Virus record (IMG/VR): IMGVR_UViG_3300043399_000297
Coordinates: 124,001-188,000 of that record
Reading direction: 5' to 3' (one strand)
DNA length: 64,000 nucleotides
The first letter of the stretch is position 1. Each line of letters opens with the position of its first letter. The position numbers were made by a program, and so were the translations under genes. The notes under the pieces are model-generated. The model was not told the origin of the DNA, ran no database searches, and saw nothing but the letters and a program-made list of their open reading frames with translations. Shown here in pieces: positions 36,501 to 47,100 of this stretch.

Positions 36501-37228
36501 TTCAAGCCTGGGCAACTAACGCAGCCGGAGCTACATCTACTGGCGAAGAAGGTCTTGTAACTCGTGATACATATCTCGGACTATTCTATCCATCAGGTAT
36601 CACCAGCGACTTGAATGGCAATTTAGTAGCTGTTCCTGCATCACATATGATGTTGAGAACTATTCTTAGAAACGATACTGTTGCTTATCCTTGGTTCGCA
36701 CCGGCTGGTACTCGTCGCGGTATTATTGATAACGCAACAAGTATTGGTTATATTGATAGCGCAACTGGTGAATTCCAAGTAATTAAGACTAGAATTGGTA
36801 TTCGTGATGTTCTTTACACAAATCAGATTAATCCAATGGTATTCTTTACTGGAAATGGATTATTGAATTATGGAAATAAAGTAAGCTTTAATTCACAGTC
36901 AGCACTTGATAGAATCAATGTTGCAAGACTTATTGCTTATATCCGTCGACAGTTGACAATTGCTGCAAGACCGTTCGTGTTTGAACCAAATGATGCAATT
37001 ACTCGTCAGCAGGTTACATCTGTAATTCAAACATTGTTTATTGATCTTGTTGCAAAACGTGGTATTTACGATTATCTCGTAGTTTGCGATGAATCAAATA
37101 ATACTCCGGCTCGTATCGACAGAAATGAGCTTTGGGTAGATATTGCAATTGAGCCAGTTAAGGCAATTGAGTTCATTTACATTCCGGTAAGAGTTCTCAA
37201 CACTGGCGAAATTGCAGCATTAGGTTAA
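33596..37228 (+). CDS. tail sheath protein (T4 gp18-like), 1210 aa with large internal insertions
   Basis: SPGVEV N-terminus; PWFAPAG.RRG, RINVARL, FVFEPND, P.KAIEFI. Confidence 0.95.
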   Translation: MALVSPGVEVTIIDESQYLPAPTNTIPFVLLATAQDKANPTGTGVASGTTAANAGKLFQVTSQRDLVALYGNPFFYTTANGTPIQGYELNEYGLLAAYSALGITNRVYCLRADIDLASLVGQTGRPTGNPANGTYWLDTTTSTWGIYEFDSVTGTFALQTPIVITDPDQISGSYPINSLGVIGSYAVIAIPTYDWPSQTAAGQFFYKNDVNQWVRIGTAEWLNSWPTVQGTLAPGSLTMNNELTITLSGMATVSVSVSSSPDNTVADLVNQINTFANGGNLGSLFAASVNGKLVLYSRQTGGDITSSVPYEVTIGGTAGLLTQLGISAGTYYQPIVSYGTSAQQPLWQQGQSYPAPTGSVWIKIGTAGSGLNSVVSEFNSTTANWVAKTVSYATADWSAIGSLDSSGGKNIPAGTVYVQYDYDTRVTGGIIQKYPATPIYYWERLAEGPTVVTGTNTSPSFTNGPYDLLVQISVPGTSTLGNYYTVVLGDNTDAEDFVNAWNTAAIPYTIASLTSAGAIQLTHTQGGVIVLSDILWDTTGVSSGLLEEAGFVPGSTLGAKYGPAVMTMLNAGQGPSYPDSTTSGVGSGFEMTIRGQYQTYYFETDNFVDAGGGYAVGDTITINGSYLGGSSGTNNLVVAVTSVDAGNGNAVTGIAYVSGTAALTYQVQLSNWVEFDMTANEGSPTQAPDDLTNWFYSVVDEVDIMVNTTSGWYGYRNVSYDNNGFPLPSGINTTDPNGPIVSATKPTTQSDGTALSYGDLWIDTSDVENYPIINRWQSVSGVNQWVRIDNTDQTSSKGVLFADARWATNGTTNPANDPIPSIVSLLTSNYLDLGAPDEDLYPVGMLLFNTRRSGYNVKQYRVNYFNTDRFPDQPIPDQTDAWVTISGNQSNGSPYMGRKAQRAVVVKALRAAIDTNSAIRDEDNPFNLTACPNYPELQPNMVVLNNDRGNTGFIVGDTPMRLPDDATAIQAWATNAAGATSTGEEGLVTRDTYLGLFYPSGITSDLNGNLVAVPASHMMLRTILRNDTVAYPWFAPAGTRRGIIDNATSIGYIDSATGEFQVIKTRIGIRDVLYTNQINPMVFFTGNGLLNYGNKVSFNSQSALDRINVARLIAYIRRQLTIAARPFVFEPNDAITRQQVTSVIQTLFIDLVAKRGIYDYLVVCDESNNTPARIDRNELWVDIAIEPVKAIEFIYIPVRVLNTGEIAALG

Positions 37229-37237
37229 GAAATAAAG

Positions 37238-37270
37238 TTTAGAGTGGGTACAAAGTGCCCACTCTAAAAA
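37238..37270 (+). terminator. strong hairpin (terminator or processing site) between sheath and tube genes
   Basis: TTTAGAGTGGGTAC-AAA-GTGCCCACTCTAAA inverted repeat. Confidence 0.6.
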
Positions 37271-37298
37271 GATAAATACTTTTATAGGAGAATACAAA

Positions 37299-37937
37299 AT
37301 GGCAACAGCCTCTCAATCATTGTTCAACATGACCGTAGCATCTGATAACGCGGGCGGCAACCAAGGTCTGTTGATGCCTAAACTACAGTTCCGCTTTAGA
37401 GTCAACTTCTTGAACTTTGGGGTTGATGCAAATGGTGGTCTTCAGTTGACAAAGCAGGTTATGGACTGTGCAAGACCTCAAGTGCAGTTTGACGAAGTTA
37501 CATTGAACGTTTACAACTCAACAATGTATCTTGCAGGTAAGCATAAGTGGCAAACACTTGCAATTAACATTCGTGATGATGCATCAGGAACAGTTTCTAA
37601 GGCTGTAGGACAGCAGTTACAGAAGCAACTTGATTTTGTTGAGCAGGCATCTGCTGCAACCGGTCAAGACTACAAGTTTCAAACAAATATCGATATCTTA
37701 GATGGTGGTAATGGAGCATTAGCTCCAGTAACATTAGAAACTTGGGAACTATATGGTTGTTTCTTGCAGCAGGTAAACTATCAGACATTAAACTATGGTA
37801 CAAGTGATGCCGTTTCAATTGCATTAACGCTACGCTATGATAACGCAATTCAGGCACCTCTTGGTTCTGGTGTTGGAACAAACGTTGGTCGTGCGTTCGG
37901 CGGAGCATCAGCAACTGGTATTGGCGCTACTACTTAA
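37299..37937 (+). CDS. tail tube protein (T4 gp19-like)
   Basis: Follows the sheath gene; YLAGKHKW, WELYGCF, LRYD. Confidence 0.9.
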   Translation: MATASQSLFNMTVASDNAGGNQGLLMPKLQFRFRVNFLNFGVDANGGLQLTKQVMDCARPQVQFDEVTLNVYNSTMYLAGKHKWQTLAINIRDDASGTVSKAVGQQLQKQLDFVEQASAATGQDYKFQTNIDILDGGNGALAPVTLETWELYGCFLQQVNYQTLNYGTSDAVSIALTLRYDNAIQAPLGSGVGTNVGRAFGGASATGIGATT

Positions 37938-37953
37938 TAATTAGGACTATTTA

Positions 37954-39204
37954 ATGTCACTAGGAAATTGGGGACAATCTTTACTCAATGTCGCTGCTAA
38001 TTTAACTGGCGGCGACATTGACCTTAAAGACTACCAACACGCATCTAAAACTTTTAGGACTAATTCATATGAATATGCTCCTAAGTTCAAATTTCTATTC
38101 CATACTTATTTTGAAATTAATCCAGAAGCATATGGACAAAATGTTAACTATGGCTTATTAGTTAAAGAAGTAAAGCTCCCTACGTTTAGTTTCCAGACAT
38201 ATCAACTAAATCAATACAATAGAAAAAGAATAGTTCAGACTAAAATAAAATATGAACCCATTGAAATAACGTTTCACGATGACGGAGGAAATAACGTTAC
38301 TAAATTATGGGAAGCATACTATCGTTATTATTATAATGATGCCAGTAAACCGCAAAGTGTATTAATGGGATCAAGAGGATCGAGTTTATCAGGGGATTCA
38401 AGCGACCCTCTTACTTCATATAATGATAGAAATATATACACTGATAGTATTTCCGGAGATGATGACTGGGGTTTTATAGGCGGAGCAAATAAGCAAGATG
38501 ATAAAAAGGCTCCCTTCTTTAAGAATATAACTGTTTTTGGATTAAACCAGCATAATTTTACCGCATATACTCTAGTCAATCCTGTAATTACAAATTTCTC
38601 GCACGACACCTACAACTATAATGAAGGCGGAGGAATAATGCAAAATAGAATGACAATAGACTATGAAACTGTTGTATACAACTATGGAGCATTAGACGGA
38701 AGGGATCCAAGTCAAATAGTTACTGGATTTGGAGAAACAGCACACTACGATACTGATCCAAGTCCAATTATGAACGGCGGCGCAAATGGGACAATATTGG
38801 GTCAAGGTGGACTAATTGATGCAGCAGGCGGAACAATTCAATCACTTACTGATGGTAATATACCGGGTGCAATTAGAAATGCAGGAATTGCATACGACAA
38901 TATTAAAAATCCAAACTTGGTAGAAAATTCTGCATTAGCAATAGCCGGTATGTTCTTTAATACATTGTCTAATGCTCCGAAGAATAGAAATACTAATTTT
39001 TCTTCTCCTACAGCAGGTTCTACACCTGGTCCATTAGGAACAGCGAGCAGCCCAACTATTGCTGCTAAACAAAAGCCTGACGTATTAAGAAACGATCCTA
39101 CATCAGGATACCCTGTAGATGGTTCAACTCTACTAAATAATTATAATGGTAAGGGTTTTCCGGTCGATGCACCGTTCAAAACCGGGCCTATAGTTAGCGC
39201 GTAA
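37954..39204 (+). CDS. tube-like baseplate protein (gp48/gp54-like tube initiator)
   Basis: Tube-fold pattern LVKEVKLP...NQYNRKR...YEPI.ITFHDD...YE. Confidence 0.65.
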   Translation: MSLGNWGQSLLNVAANLTGGDIDLKDYQHASKTFRTNSYEYAPKFKFLFHTYFEINPEAYGQNVNYGLLVKEVKLPTFSFQTYQLNQYNRKRIVQTKIKYEPIEITFHDDGGNNVTKLWEAYYRYYYNDASKPQSVLMGSRGSSLSGDSSDPLTSYNDRNIYTDSISGDDDWGFIGGANKQDDKKAPFFKNITVFGLNQHNFTAYTLVNPVITNFSHDTYNYNEGGGIMQNRMTIDYETVVYNYGALDGRDPSQIVTGFGETAHYDTDPSPIMNGGANGTILGQGGLIDAAGGTIQSLTDGNIPGAIRNAGIAYDNIKNPNLVENSALAIAGMFFNTLSNAPKNRNTNFSSPTAGSTPGPLGTASSPTIAAKQKPDVLRNDPTSGYPVDGSTLLNNYNGKGFPVDAPFKTGPIVSA

Positions 39205-39209
39205 ATGAT

Positions 39210-39569
39210 ATGACTAGTATAGTAGATGTAAAACAAATAGACAACACGATTAAAGTTTTTGATAACTTTTATAATACCCAATTGAAGGTAAATGCGGCTG
39301 ATTGGGATATTGTATATTCATATTTTTATGGAACTAGCAAGAACAAAACAATAGCTAATAATTTTGCTAGTTTGTTGTTTAGGATTGCACAAGAAGGTAA
39401 TTTTAGTGTATTAGATTTGTTAGCTACTATCAAAGGCACCAATACTAAATTACAAATGAACGAAATAATATGTTATTATTTAAATACATTTAGATTAAGA
39501 GCCACATTATACGGAATAGGAATCGTGCCAAAACCCAATCAGGCAGTGCAAAGAAACGTAGTTCTATGA
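39210..39569 (+). CDS. hypothetical protein
   Basis: ORF in the tail operon. Confidence 0.7.
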   Translation: MTSIVDVKQIDNTIKVFDNFYNTQLKVNAADWDIVYSYFYGTSKNKTIANNFASLLFRIAQEGNFSVLDLLATIKGTNTKLQMNEIICYYLNTFRLRATLYGIGIVPKPNQAVQRNVVL

Positions 39570-39570
39570 T

Positions 39571-40005
39571 ATGGGTAATTGGGCACAAGGCAAATATACA
39601 CCTAAAAATCCAGAAAAATATATAGGAAATCACATACCAAAATATCGTTCTGGTTGGGAACTTACATTTATGACATTCTGTGATTCAAACAAGAGTGTTT
39701 TATATTGGTCAAGTGAAAGTATTAGAATTCCATATCGTCATCCATTGACAGGTAAACCAACTATCTATGTACCGGACTTCTTTGTAGTCTATGAGAACAA
39801 GTTTGGTAAGAAAATAGCTGAAGTAGTAGAAATCAAACCTAAAAAACAAAGTCTTATTGAAAGCAAAGTAGCCAGCGCAAGAGATAGAGCAATAGTTGCA
39901 ATCAATCACGCTAAATGGAAAGCAGCAGCAGCATATTGTCAATCACAGGGGTTTGCCTTTCGAGTAATTACGGAAGATGATTTGTTCTATAATGGGCGTA
40001 AGTAA
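39571..40005 (+). CDS. head completion nuclease (T4 gp4-like, TnsA-like fold)
   Basis: KNP.KY.G...YRSGWE...WSSE...Y.PDF...EIKP. Confidence 0.9.
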   Translation: MGNWAQGKYTPKNPEKYIGNHIPKYRSGWELTFMTFCDSNKSVLYWSSESIRIPYRHPLTGKPTIYVPDFFVVYENKFGKKIAEVVEIKPKKQSLIESKVASARDRAIVAINHAKWKAAAAYCQSQGFAFRVITEDDLFYNGRK

Positions 40006-40017
40006 CTAAATACTTTT

Positions 40018-40503
40018 ATGACCCGAAAGCTTGAAGAATTGTTTGAATTGGCATCATCCGATGACACCGACCTCACTATCCCATTACCTGAAGTTACTGA
40101 AGAAGTAACAGAAACTGCATTAAGCACCTTAGAAAAAATTGAAAATGCTTTACCTCAAGTAAAAGGACTTGAAGCAGCAGACAATGAAATGGATGAACTA
40201 GCAGATATGGCTACTGCTAGCTATAAGGATCTAATGGATCTTGGAATGCAAGTGGAATCCAGATTTAGTTCCGAAATCTTCAACAGCGCAAGTAGTATGT
40301 TAGGTCACGCTATAACCGCAAAGACTGCTAAAATTAATAAAAAGCTAAAGATGCTTGATATGCAATTAAAGAAGGCACAACTTGATGCTAGACTTGCTGC
40401 CAAAAATGAAGAAGTTGAAAATACTCCACTAGGTGAAGGACAAGCACTTGATCGTAACGAATTGCTTAAGATGCTCTCCAACAAAAATGAAAACAAAGAA
40501 TAA
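40018..40503 (+). CDS. helical protein, possibly a terminase small subunit
   Basis: Late leaderless start and coiled-coil character; function inferred only. Confidence 0.35.
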   Translation: MTRKLEELFELASSDDTDLTIPLPEVTEEVTETALSTLEKIENALPQVKGLEAADNEMDELADMATASYKDLMDLGMQVESRFSSEIFNSASSMLGHAITAKTAKINKKLKMLDMQLKKAQLDARLAAKNEEVENTPLGEGQALDRNELLKMLSNKNENKE

Positions 40504-40531
40504 ATACATAATAGAATATTAGAGGCCACTA

Positions 40532-41158
40532 ATGAAAAGTTTAAAATACTACCTGATGGAATCAATACACACTTACAACTATAGAATTAGAGTTGCGGGT
40601 GACATTGATGACAATAAACTAGAGTTGCTAAAATACAACTTACAAAAGTTTAGCCCAGTTCGCATTAGCGAACCTAAAACTACTCCTATTCAGAAAGCAG
40701 TTGCAGGATTTCCTGGCATCAATAACGAGAGAGTTACAACAATTGAAATGGATTGTCGTTATCCTGTAATTGATGCATTTGTAAAGCAGATGGCACAACT
40801 ATTAGGTATTGATCCAAATCGTGTAAGAATGGTCAATACTAACTATGATGATAGTATAGACAGTGAAATGGACGGATATGTCAATCAAATGGATCACAGT
40901 CCTCTATTAACTCACGAAGAACTTGAAGAACAGCACGGTGCAAAAGATGCAGTTAAAGCATATGGAAATATGTATCTTGACAGCATTAAAGAGCAGACCA
41001 AAGACGATAAGATTGTAATCCCGTTTGAAGGAAAACCCACTCCACCTGCATTCGATCCATTTAAGCCAGAGACATATGTAGATAAGAAGGGCCAAACAAG
41101 CCCGATGAGTCATATCACTCGTCCTGCAAAGCCACAAACCGGCGCACACAAGGGATAA
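40532..41158 (+). CDS. putative internal head protein
   Basis: N-terminus MKSLKYYLMES resembles the T4 capsid-targeting sequence. Confidence 0.5.
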   Translation: MKSLKYYLMESIHTYNYRIRVAGDIDDNKLELLKYNLQKFSPVRISEPKTTPIQKAVAGFPGINNERVTTIEMDCRYPVIDAFVKQMAQLLGIDPNRVRMVNTNYDDSIDSEMDGYVNQMDHSPLLTHEELEEQHGAKDAVKAYGNMYLDSIKEQTKDDKIVIPFEGKPTPPAFDPFKPETYVDKKGQTSPMSHITRPAKPQTGAHKG

Positions 41159-41162
41159 TAAG

Positions 41163-44024
41163 ATGAAAGATATTTTAGATAAACTTACGGAACTTGAAGC
41201 GACTGCGCCGAAGCCAAAGAAGATGTTAACTGAAGATTCAGCTACTCCTCCTGTAAATACTAGCCCAGCTACATTGAAAGACTTCTTTGAATCAGCATTG
41301 AACAAGATACCTATCCCAGGCGAAAAGACTGGCGGAGGAGTAGGTCAGCCTGCATTCTTAGCAACTACTGACCCACAACTTCAAAAAACATTAGGTCCTA
41401 TGATCGATCAATTAGCAAAAGATAAAAAATTAGTAATGATGACTCCGGGACAGCCTGGACAGCCGGCTGGTACACAGACAGCTACTCCGGGGCAACCGGC
41501 ACAAGCTGGTGCAACTGGCCAGCCACAAGCAGGACAACAGCAAATGCGTGAAGGAAATGATACAGTAGAAGAAATCATTCAAACTCTTAAGGCAAGAGGT
41601 AAGGCAGCATTACCGAGGATTACTAGCGAAATTATTGATTTTGTGAAAAGTAATCCGAAGTTTGCATTAGTTGAGCCCTATAAAGGCTATTATAAAATTG
41701 TGCCGGATGCAGACAAGGATAATCACGTTTTTCCTGATCGTGGCGGACGAATTATTGTCAGTGGCGGACAGGCACTTAACGAAAGAGACGAAGGTAAGCC
41801 AGGCAAGAACTTTGCTAAGATTGCTAAGAGTGCCGGTAAGCGTTATGGTAGTAAGGAAGCTGGTGAACGTGTAGCCGGCGCAGTTCGTGCAAAGCTAGCA
41901 AAGCAAGGTAAACTTGAAGAAGAAATGGATGAAGGTCTCGGAGACAAAATCAAGAAAGGTGCTAAATCAGTAAAGCGTTGGGGTCAAGGATGGGATATAG
42001 GTCGTAACACAGCCTCTGTGAAATATGACACCGACACTCTTAGCCCCGATGCAGTTGATTGGACGCTTGGTAGAGATTCAGTAGAACATTCACCACTTGA
42101 TTTACAACAAAAGCTACTCAAGCGCAAAATGAGAAAAGGCGAACTTGAAGAAGGCGCAAAGGTTGATCGCATGGTCAAGCACATTGAAAAGTCAGAGCGT
42201 AAGCTAGGCAAGAGTAAAGAAAAGGCTTCGGACATTGCCTGGGCAACTGCTAACAAGCGTGGTATGCTTGACAATAAGAATAAGAAAGTTAAAGAAGCTG
42301 ATATCCCATCAACACAAGGCGTAGATACAGAAGGCGCAAATCTCGGTGCTGGCAGAAGCCCAACAACACTTGAAGGAAAAACTATGAAGAAATTAAAGCC
42401 AGACTTTTTTGATGCTGACGGTGATGGCAACAAGAAAGAGCCAATGAAAAAAGCTATCAAAGATAAAAAGAAATTGAAGGAAGGTGCAAGTCGTATTGAT
42501 CTTGCTCGCCGTAGAGGACATTTACACGGTTTAGAAAATGCAGAACATTGTGGTTCTAAGTATGAAGACTTAGATGAGCGCAAAGCATATTGTGAAGGTT
42601 ATAAGACCGGACTTGACGAATGCTATGGAATGGGCGTTTACGAAGCTGCTCCCGCAATGCCGCCTGCAACAGTCGGTGGTATGGCAGACGGTGCTATGGA
42701 TGAGGGCAAGTTTGGTAAAGCTTTGGCTACAGCAGCCGGCATTGGCACTTTAGCAGCAGGTGCTGGTATGGCAAAAGGTGCATACGACTACCATAAGACA
42801 GATCCGCGCATCGGTATGTCACAGTATGATTTGGACAAGATGGGCGGAAGAGATTTCACTAAAGAAGATGAGTTTGATGAAGGTAACGCCTTTAGCAAAG
42901 CCGTAAGAGACGCAAAGAGCGATGGGATTCAGCCTGGTGAAACAATCAGAGTAGGTGGGAAAACTTACCCAGTTAAGGAAGAGGATTATGCATTTGAATC
43001 ACTTGATCGTCAATTGAATGCATTACTTAACGAAGGTGAAGTAAACGAAGGACTCTCTGTGTCAGTTTCTAAGGGACAGCAGAATAGCCCTGACTCAGTA
43101 ACTATCACTGCACAAGATGCTGACGCCGATCAACTATTACAGCTTGTAAAGCACGCTGGTTTAGGATTGTTTGGTGATGATCACGCAGAACCATCAAGTG
43201 CAATGTCAGTTCAACCTGCACACGGTGAGCCTGATGAAGTTGGCTCAGGTGGAGTAGATATTGACGTAGTAGATGGTTCTGACGATATGCTTTCTCTTAT
43301 GCAGAAATTAACCGGAATTCAAGGAACAGATATGGATGACGGTGACGAAGATTATGCTGATGAAAAAGGTTCAAGTGACGAATTTCACAGCCACGATGAT
43401 TCAGATGACGAAGAAGGTGATGAAGAAAACACCGATGAATCAACTTGCAACGAATGCGGTATGATGGAAACAAAGTGCTGCTGTGGTGACAAGGAAGAAG
43501 TTGACGAAGTAGAAACTCCAGATCAACAGGAATTTGAAGTAGCTGAAGAAACTGACGCACAAGCAGATGAAGAAGCGGAATCACAAGAAGATGCTGCATT
43601 AGCAGGTGCAGATTCTGGAAATGATGAAGAAGTTACTGAATCATTTTTTGAAATGCTTCAGCGTTTAGACAGTTTAGCAGAAGGCTCAGGTGATAAGCCA
43701 AAGCATCCTGAACACGATAAGAAGGATGACAAGGACTATGATGACGCTGAAGATGATGAAGAAGACGACGAAGAAGACCTAACTGAAGGCCTTAACGAAT
43801 GGGCTAATCAAGTAGGTAAGGGTCCAGGTAAGGGCACAGATGCTAGCTTTGAAGAAGACATTGAGTTTATGACTAAAGTTATTGCTGGTGGACTCAACAA
43901 GCCTAAGTCAACTGGTCAGACTACAGTTCCTGTAATTGCTGGTCAACACGAGCGTATGCACGATCACGTTGGTAAGACAAGCGACACCGTTGATGACTGG
44001 ACTAAGTTAGCCGGAATTAAGTAA
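41163..44024 (+). CDS. large acidic modular protein, likely an internal head protein processed by the prohead protease
   Basis: Many hydrophobic-x-E(G/A/S) sites separating short modules. Confidence 0.6.
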   Translation: MKDILDKLTELEATAPKPKKMLTEDSATPPVNTSPATLKDFFESALNKIPIPGEKTGGGVGQPAFLATTDPQLQKTLGPMIDQLAKDKKLVMMTPGQPGQPAGTQTATPGQPAQAGATGQPQAGQQQMREGNDTVEEIIQTLKARGKAALPRITSEIIDFVKSNPKFALVEPYKGYYKIVPDADKDNHVFPDRGGRIIVSGGQALNERDEGKPGKNFAKIAKSAGKRYGSKEAGERVAGAVRAKLAKQGKLEEEMDEGLGDKIKKGAKSVKRWGQGWDIGRNTASVKYDTDTLSPDAVDWTLGRDSVEHSPLDLQQKLLKRKMRKGELEEGAKVDRMVKHIEKSERKLGKSKEKASDIAWATANKRGMLDNKNKKVKEADIPSTQGVDTEGANLGAGRSPTTLEGKTMKKLKPDFFDADGDGNKKEPMKKAIKDKKKLKEGASRIDLARRRGHLHGLENAEHCGSKYEDLDERKAYCEGYKTGLDECYGMGVYEAAPAMPPATVGGMADGAMDEGKFGKALATAAGIGTLAAGAGMAKGAYDYHKTDPRIGMSQYDLDKMGGRDFTKEDEFDEGNAFSKAVRDAKSDGIQPGETIRVGGKTYPVKEEDYAFESLDRQLNALLNEGEVNEGLSVSVSKGQQNSPDSVTITAQDADADQLLQLVKHAGLGLFGDDHAEPSSAMSVQPAHGEPDEVGSGGVDIDVVDGSDDMLSLMQKLTGIQGTDMDDGDEDYADEKGSSDEFHSHDDSDDEEGDEENTDESTCNECGMMETKCCCGDKEEVDEVETPDQQEFEVAEETDAQADEEAESQEDAALAGADSGNDEEVTESFFEMLQRLDSLAEGSGDKPKHPEHDKKDDKDYDDAEDDEEDDEEDLTEGLNEWANQVGKGPGKGTDASFEEDIEFMTKVIAGGLNKPKSTGQTTVPVIAGQHERMHDHVGKTSDTVDDWTKLAGIK

Positions 44025-44040
44025 TTTTACTACAAACTAA

Positions 44041-44071
44041 AATAGCCGGGCTAGTTCCCGGCTATTTTTTT
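44041..44071 (+). terminator. Rho-independent terminator
   Basis: AATAGCCGGG-CTAGTT-CCCGGCTATT plus a T-tract. Confidence 0.9.
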
Positions 44072-44127
44072 GGCTATCGTCAATTCTCCCAAAAAGATAA
44101 ATACACTATAAGAAGGTATTTTAACGG

Positions 44128-47100
44128 ATGAGCCAACGCAATATAGATTTTGGTAGTTTTCCAAATGATCCCGGTGCAGATGCAATTAGAACCGCTTTTC
44201 AGAAAGTTCAAGAGAACTTTAGTGAGCTTTTCGCCGGTCAAGAACAGCAAGCTGTTCTTTCGGTAAACAAGACACCGGGTGCGGGAATTACAGTAAATGC
44301 TCCTACAGGAAATGTAGTAGTTAGTGCAAAAATTGCTTGTGTGCAGATACAAACCTCTACATTAGGTTTGGGTACCGGCGCTGGCCCTAATACTGCAAAC
44401 GTTGCTATTATTACTCAAGGTACAACCCCTTTCATTATTGACATTCCTGAAACAGTAAACAACGTAGCAAATATTAACTTAAGTAATACTTTAGTAACGA
44501 ATAATGTAGTAGCAAATGCTAACATAAGTGCTAATAATATTTCAGTTACGTCAAACATATCGTCCGGTAATATCTCTGCCACCAATCTTGCACTATCTGC
44601 AAATGCTAATGTTAGCAATGTAAATGCAGCAAACGGGACGTTTACTGCCAATGTAAGCGCAGTAAACTATAGTGGAACAACATTAGCCACAACCGGTAAT
44701 ATTACAACTAGTGCTGGGTTTTTAGTTGCACCAAATGCCAGTATTTCCGGAAACATTACATCAGGAAATGCTAATTTGGGTAATTTAGCTAAAGCTAATT
44801 ATTTCCAAGGTGATGGTAGTCTATTAACCAATGTTACTTCTGCTGCTAACTCACAGATAGTATTAGGTACAAGCAATGTAAAAATACCCACATCAGGTGG
44901 CAATGTTAATACTTCAGTTGGTGGTGTAGCTAATGTTTTGGTTGTAACAACAACCGGTGCAAATATAACAGGCACATTAAATGCAACCGGAAATAGTAAT
45001 GTTGGTAACTTAGGTACAAGTGGACTTATTACTGCTACTGGCAACATTACCGGTGGCAATTTAATCGGTACACTGGCAAATGGCAATAGTAACGTTTCTA
45101 TTCCAGCAGCAGCCGGCAATGTTAATATTTCAGTCAATGGAACAGCTAATGTTCTTGTCACTACTAGCACAGGAATCAATGTTGCTGGCACACTAAATGC
45201 AACTGGTAATAGTAATGTCGGTAACTTAGGTACAAGTGGACTTATTACGGCTACTGGAAATGTCACCGGCGGTAATATCAACACATCTGCTAAGGTTGTA
45301 GCATCAACATTAACATCAAACGTAGCAACAGGTACTGCTCCTTTAACAGTCACATCAACAACTCGTGTAGCTAACTTGAATGTTGCCTATGCAAACGTAA
45401 GTGATTTTGGAGCAGTTACTGCACAAACTACAGGAACATATTATCCAGTTTTTGTAAGTGGTAGTTCAAGTGCAAATTATGCTTTGGGCGCAAATAGCGT
45501 ATTCAGTGCTAACTTGGCAAACGGCGCATTGATTGCTACTACATTCGTCGGCGCATTGAGTGGCGCTGCAACAAGTGCAACTACAGCTGGTACAGTGACA
45601 ACAGCAGCGCAACCAAATATTACAAGTGTAGGCAATCTCACTTCATTGATTGTAATCGGTAATATTACAGGCGGTAATTTAATTGGTCCTCACGCGAACG
45701 GCACAAGCAATGTCAATATTCCAACTGCTAGTGGTAATGTTAACGTTTCGGTTGGTGCAACTCCCAATGTTCTTGTCATTACTTCAACCGGCATAAATGT
45801 TGCGGGCACATTAAACGCGACCGGCAATGCTAATGTCGGTAATATCGGTGCTACTAATGCAAACGTAACTGCGATCACGGCAACCGGCAATGCTAATGTC
45901 GGTAATATCGGTGCTACTAATGCAAACGTAACTGCGATCACAGCAACCGGCAATGCTAATGTCGGTAATATCGGTGCTACTAATGCCAACATAACTGCAA
46001 TCACCGTATCAGCTAATGCTAACGTAGGCAACTTAGGCACAACTGGACTTATTACTGCAACCGGAAACATTACAGGTGGCAATTTACTTGGTACTCACGC
46101 GAACGGCACAAGCAATGTCAATATTCCAACTGCAAATAGTAACATCAATCTTAGTGTTAATGGATCAGCAAATGTTCTAGTCGTGACTAGCACAGGCGTT
46201 AATGTTGCTGGTACATTTAATTCAAGTGGCAATGCTAACGTAGGCAACTTAGGCACAACTGGACTTATTACGGCTACTGGAAATATTACAGCGACCGGCA
46301 ATGTAAGCGGTGGTAATTTATTAACCTCAGCCGCAGTCATTGCAAGCACATTAACTTCCAATGTTGCAACTGGTACTGCTCCTTTAACAGTTACCTCAAC
46401 AACTCGCGTCAGCAATTTGAATGTTAATTACGCCAATGTAAGTGACTTCAATGTTGTAACTGCTCAATCTACAGGTACTTATTACCCGACATTTATTAAT
46501 GGAAGCTCAACTGCAAATTATGCATTAGCTGCTAATAGTGCGTTCAGTGCAAATCTTGCAAATGGTGCATTAACTGCTACGACATTTGTTGGGTCATTAA
46601 GCGGAGCTGCTACGAGCGCAACTACAGCCGGTACAGTGACCAATGCTGCTCAGGGCAATATAACCTCAGTCGGCACATTAACAAGTTTAAATGTAAGCGG
46701 AAACATCACCGCACCAAACATCACAGCTAATACAGGAATATTTGCAGGTAACGGGTCTGGATTAACTAATCTAACTGGTGCAAATGTGACAGGAACTGTG
46801 ACAAGCGCAACTAATGCTGCTGCTGTTCTACAAAACACTTCAAGTGCAACTACCGTTTACCCAACATTCAGCACATCAAGTGCAAATGGAAACTCAAGTG
46901 CAGTTATCAATACAGGAATCACCGCTAACTTAGCAAATGCAAGTATAACTGCTACAACATTTGTAGGTGCTCTATCAGGTGCTGCTACAACAGCAGGAAC
47001 TGTAACAACAGCATCACAACCAAACATTACAAGTGTTGGCAATTTGTCAAGCTTGACAGTAACAAGTAATATTACATCAGGTAATGCTAATCTCGGTAAC

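Noticed and set aside
45818-46005. Tandem repeats as a CRISPR array
   Set aside because: There are no unique spacers; the units are in-frame coding repeats and no cas genes are present.
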